This document shows, piece by piece, positions 62,990-64,000 of a DNA stretch of 64,000 nucleotides. Position numbers and translations under genes: made by a program. The DNA is from an uncultured Nitrospiraceae bacterium (lineage in GTDB: Bacteria; Nitrospirota; Thermodesulfovibrionia; Thermodesulfovibrionales; UBA6898): assembly GCA_963811165.1 (NCBI GenBank), contig CAWEQH010000008.1, positions 577,926-641,925 on the forward strand, read 5' to 3'. Each line of letters begins with the position of its first letter. Position 1 is the first letter of the stretch. The notes under the pieces were generated by a model. The model worked only from the letters and a program-made list of their open reading frames with translations, did no database searches and was not told the DNA's origin.

Positions 62990-63234
62990 AGCCCATAAAT
63001 GCTATTAAGACAAGTGAAAGGAAGAGAAAACTCTTCCGGGGCCAAAATTATTTCTTATTATGCGGTTGTACACGGCAACCGATCAAATTATACTCTACAG
63101 ATACGGCAAACAGTATTAAGAATAATGAAGCGGCGATTAACTGGGTATGCCAAAAGGACTAAAGATTATGACAATAATGACCGATTGTAAAATAGAGGCA
63201 GAAATTGAAGTCTTTATTGGAGATTGGAGGGAAT

Positions 63235-64000
63235 ATGCGGAAACCAAAGGCATTTGCTGCGCTTCTCTCAATTGTTATTATCTTGTCTGCGGTATCCATT
63301 TTTTTTTCACCCGGCAGGCAAACGGACTTCTCCCGGGCTGAACAGAACGACAAGACCCGACGTGGGTCTGGGGTATAGTCGGCCTTATACGCCGGGGACC
63401 GGTATTAAGAATTCTCCTCATGACCTTAGTGCGCAGTCGGGCTACAATCTATCGAATCACTACAATCCTGAGGGAGAGACAAACACATGCATATTCTGTC
63501 ATATACCTTATGAGGCAGGAGCTCCTTCCGGCAAGGCCGATAGTCCCGACTGGAACCACGCCCCTTCCACTGTCGTTAGTTTCACCCCTTACAGCGATGG
63601 GTCCACGAAGCCCAACAATCAAAGTCATCGGCTGAGTGGGGATGTTTCGCGGGGCCCCGGACCAGTATCCAAGTTCTGCCTGGGCTGCCATGACGGTACG
63701 ACGGCGGTAAACCGTTATGGATCACTTACCGGCAATGTGTACATAAGTGATTCCTATAAGGTCGGTCAAAACGGGGTTCTCAGCAATCATCACCCCATCG
63801 GGTTTGTATATGCGGCGGTCATTGATGATGAAATCGACCCCGCTGCGACTCTGGGCGGTCATCCGGTAGAAGAACTGCTTTCAAACGGGAGAATGGAATG
63901 TACTACATGTCATGATGTCCATAACAAAGGAAATAGTGGAGAAAAGCTATTGTGGATGTCAGACAGGAAAAGCGGCCTGTGCTGCAGTTGTCACAAAAAA
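63235..64000 (+). CDS. Multiheme cytochrome c (at least 4 CxxCH), runs off the window; one frameshift after the signal peptide
   Basis: RBS GGAGG plus signal peptide in frame 1; frame 2 carries SPHDLS, CIFCH (63488), CLGCH (63677), HPIG, CTTCH (63899) and CCSCH (63980). Confidence 0.8.

Overview
Bacterial chromosomal window from an anaerobe. Gene order and protein style suggest Nitrospirota (Thermodesulfovibrionia-like); this is an inference. It carries housekeeping genes (thiD, leuS-lptE-holA, rpsT, polX, bfr, six tRNAs), ABC and RND exporters, several two-component and c-di-GMP genes, and two small decayed islands. The main feature is a ~12 kb minus-strand operon (36.4-48.7 kb) with a sigma54 promoter. 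It joins archaeal-type coenzyme M precursor enzymes (cysteate synthase, fused ComDE) to an HdrDE-like pair, a RACo/RamA activator, a corrinoid protein, two MtaA/CmuA methyltransferases and an MtrH-like methyltransferase, with no MCR in the window. Features the ORF track misses: a 70-aa glutaredoxin-like selenoprotein with two in-frame UGA codons behind a rod-like structured leader RNA, a GTAG REP doublet inserted in frame inside leuS, a three-hairpin candidate sRNA, and tRNA T-arm-like repeats flanking a HEPN/MNT pair. At least eight genes are broken by single-base indels, probably uncorrected sequencing errors, so pseudogene calls are tentative.
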